A program made the translations under genes and the position numbers. The notes below the pieces were generated by a model that was not told where the DNA came from, did no database searches, and saw only the letters and a program-made list of their open reading frames with translations. A DNA stretch of 64,000 nucleotides from Macrostomum lignano. Taxonomy: Eukaryota. The stretch is from NCBI GenBank assembly GCA_002269645.1, contig NIVC01003305.1, forward strand, positions 1-64,000, given 5' to 3'. Each line of letters starts with the position of its first letter. Positions within the stretch are counted from its first letter, which is position 1. This document shows positions 62,671-64,000 of this stretch, piece by piece.

Positions 62671-63389
62671 GACAGTGTTTGATGTCAAATGAAAATTCGC
62701 AATCAGACAACAGCAACCCGAATCCGAGTTTCATTTATGGTTCAGAAGGGAAGGAAAAGTGCTGTAGACAAAAATTGCATTATAAATTTATTAATATAGT
62801 AAAGTGAACATAAAAATGACAAAGTTGAAGGCATAAAACACACACTTAGACAACAGTCGCACAGTATAAGCTGAGTTAGTATCAAATAGTTAACAAAAGC
62901 AATTGGAAAGAGCTGATGCTCAGTATAAACTGTGTCATGTGTAAGCTTTTTTATTGTGCCTCAGGAAAGAAAAACTCGAAACAGAAGAAGACTATGCCAA
63001 AAAAAGAAATCAAGCTGTCAGTATGACATGTCAAGCTGTCAAGCAATCACTACTGTCAGTAGCCTATTGCACAATAATTCCGTGAATTGTTGTAAATAAT
63101 AGCAGAGTATTAAATTGAAAAATTAAGACTAATAAAGCTAAGAAACAGAGCTATGCATGTGTATAATCCAATCATAAGCGAGAGAGACAGACAGTCTATC
63201 CTATCTGTAATTACAGCATATTGTGGAGTAGGACAGGTCAAAACAGGGAAGGCCTGAGTCAAAACAACAAAAATCAATAGATAACTTGATTAGTAGTATA
63301 ATTAACAGCAGTTAAAGACAGTTTGACATGTCAAAAACGATTTTGAGTGGCAATGCCACGCCAAGTGAAAGTGAGGGAGGGTCACTATC

Positions 63390-63738
63390 AGAGGGGGCAA
63401 TGTCAGGGGGCAATGCAAGGAGGGGGCAATGCCAGGAGGGGGCAATGCAAGGAGGGGGCAATACAAGGAGGGGGCAATGTCAGGAGGGGGCACTGTCAGG
63501 GGCAATGCCAGGAGGAGGCAATGTCAGGAGCGGGCACTGTCAGGGGCAATGCCAGGAGGAGGCAATGTCAGGAGCGGGCACTGTCAGGGGCAATGCCAGG
63601 AGGAGGCAATGTCAGGAGGGGGCAATGTCAAGAGGGGGCACTGTCAGGGGCAATGTCAGGAGGGGGCAATGTCAGGAGGGGGCAATGTCAGGAGGGGGCA
63701 ATGCCAGGAGGGGGCAATGCCAGGAGGGGGCAATGCCA
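63390..63738. repeat. About 16-bp G-rich minisatellite (GGGGGCAATGTCAGGA)
   Basis: Begins right after the SH3 gene stop codon on the minus strand. Confidence 0.9.
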
Positions 63739-63739
63739 A

Positions 63740-64000
63740 TCAGAAGTCCTCGGCATAGGAGCCGGGAAAGATGCCCCTGTTGCCGAGCCACCAGCCGTCG
63801 GCGCACTTCTCCAGCACGCTGACGACGTCGCCCTCGCGCAGGCTGAGCTCGTCATCGCCTGTGGCTGGATAGTCGAACAGGGCGCGGGCCCAGCCGCAAA
63901 CTCGAACAGCTGCGTCCGCTGCATCAACCGACTCAGCTTCAGCTGGCGACTCTGACTCCGGCTCCTCAGCCGTGGTGCTCAGCTGAGTCGGGTGCGGGGG
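63740..64000 (-). CDS. C-terminal SH3-domain protein, last exon (partial)
   Basis: Not in the ORF track (no ATG in window). Frame reads ...[13 protein letters not shown]...[49 protein letters not shown], with SH3 ALxDY, ELS, GWW and GxFPxxY motifs. Stop at 63742-63740. Confidence 0.88.
   Translation of the reverse strand, partial: PPHPTQLSTTAEEPESESPAEAESVDAADAAVRVCGWARALFDYPATGDDELSLREGDVVSVLEKCADGWWLGNRGIFPGSYAEDF

Overview
Eukaryotic, repeat-rich, intron-containing DNA. A 45-nt spliced-leader exon ending in ATG points to a rhabditophoran flatworm, most likely Macrostomum; that ID rests on my recollection of the published SL. Host genes: the 3' part of a PPM1H-like PP2C phosphatase (+), EMC6 (+), an unidentified two-exon 185-aa gene (+), a complete four-exon TENT4/PAPD5 (-), a ZNF608/609 (scribbler/brakeless)-like gene (-), a short zinc-finger-less paralog of it about 8 kb downstream (-), and the last exon of an SH3-domain gene at the right edge (-). 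The main feature missed by the ORF track is a co-oriented ncRNA cluster at 4.8-6.3 kb: SL RNA gene, 5S rRNA gene, SL RNA gene. The apparent 3' end of a 5'-truncated LINE with an open RT frame lies just upstream of it. The window also holds nested MITEs, a TIR element with subterminal repeat arrays, a TSD-bounded non-coding non-LTR insertion, and about 30 distinct tandem repeat arrays, which explain nearly all long ORFs in the track. PPM1H, EMC6 and ZNF608 show single-base frame disruptions that may be assembly errors. Repeat boundaries are approximate and were read by eye.
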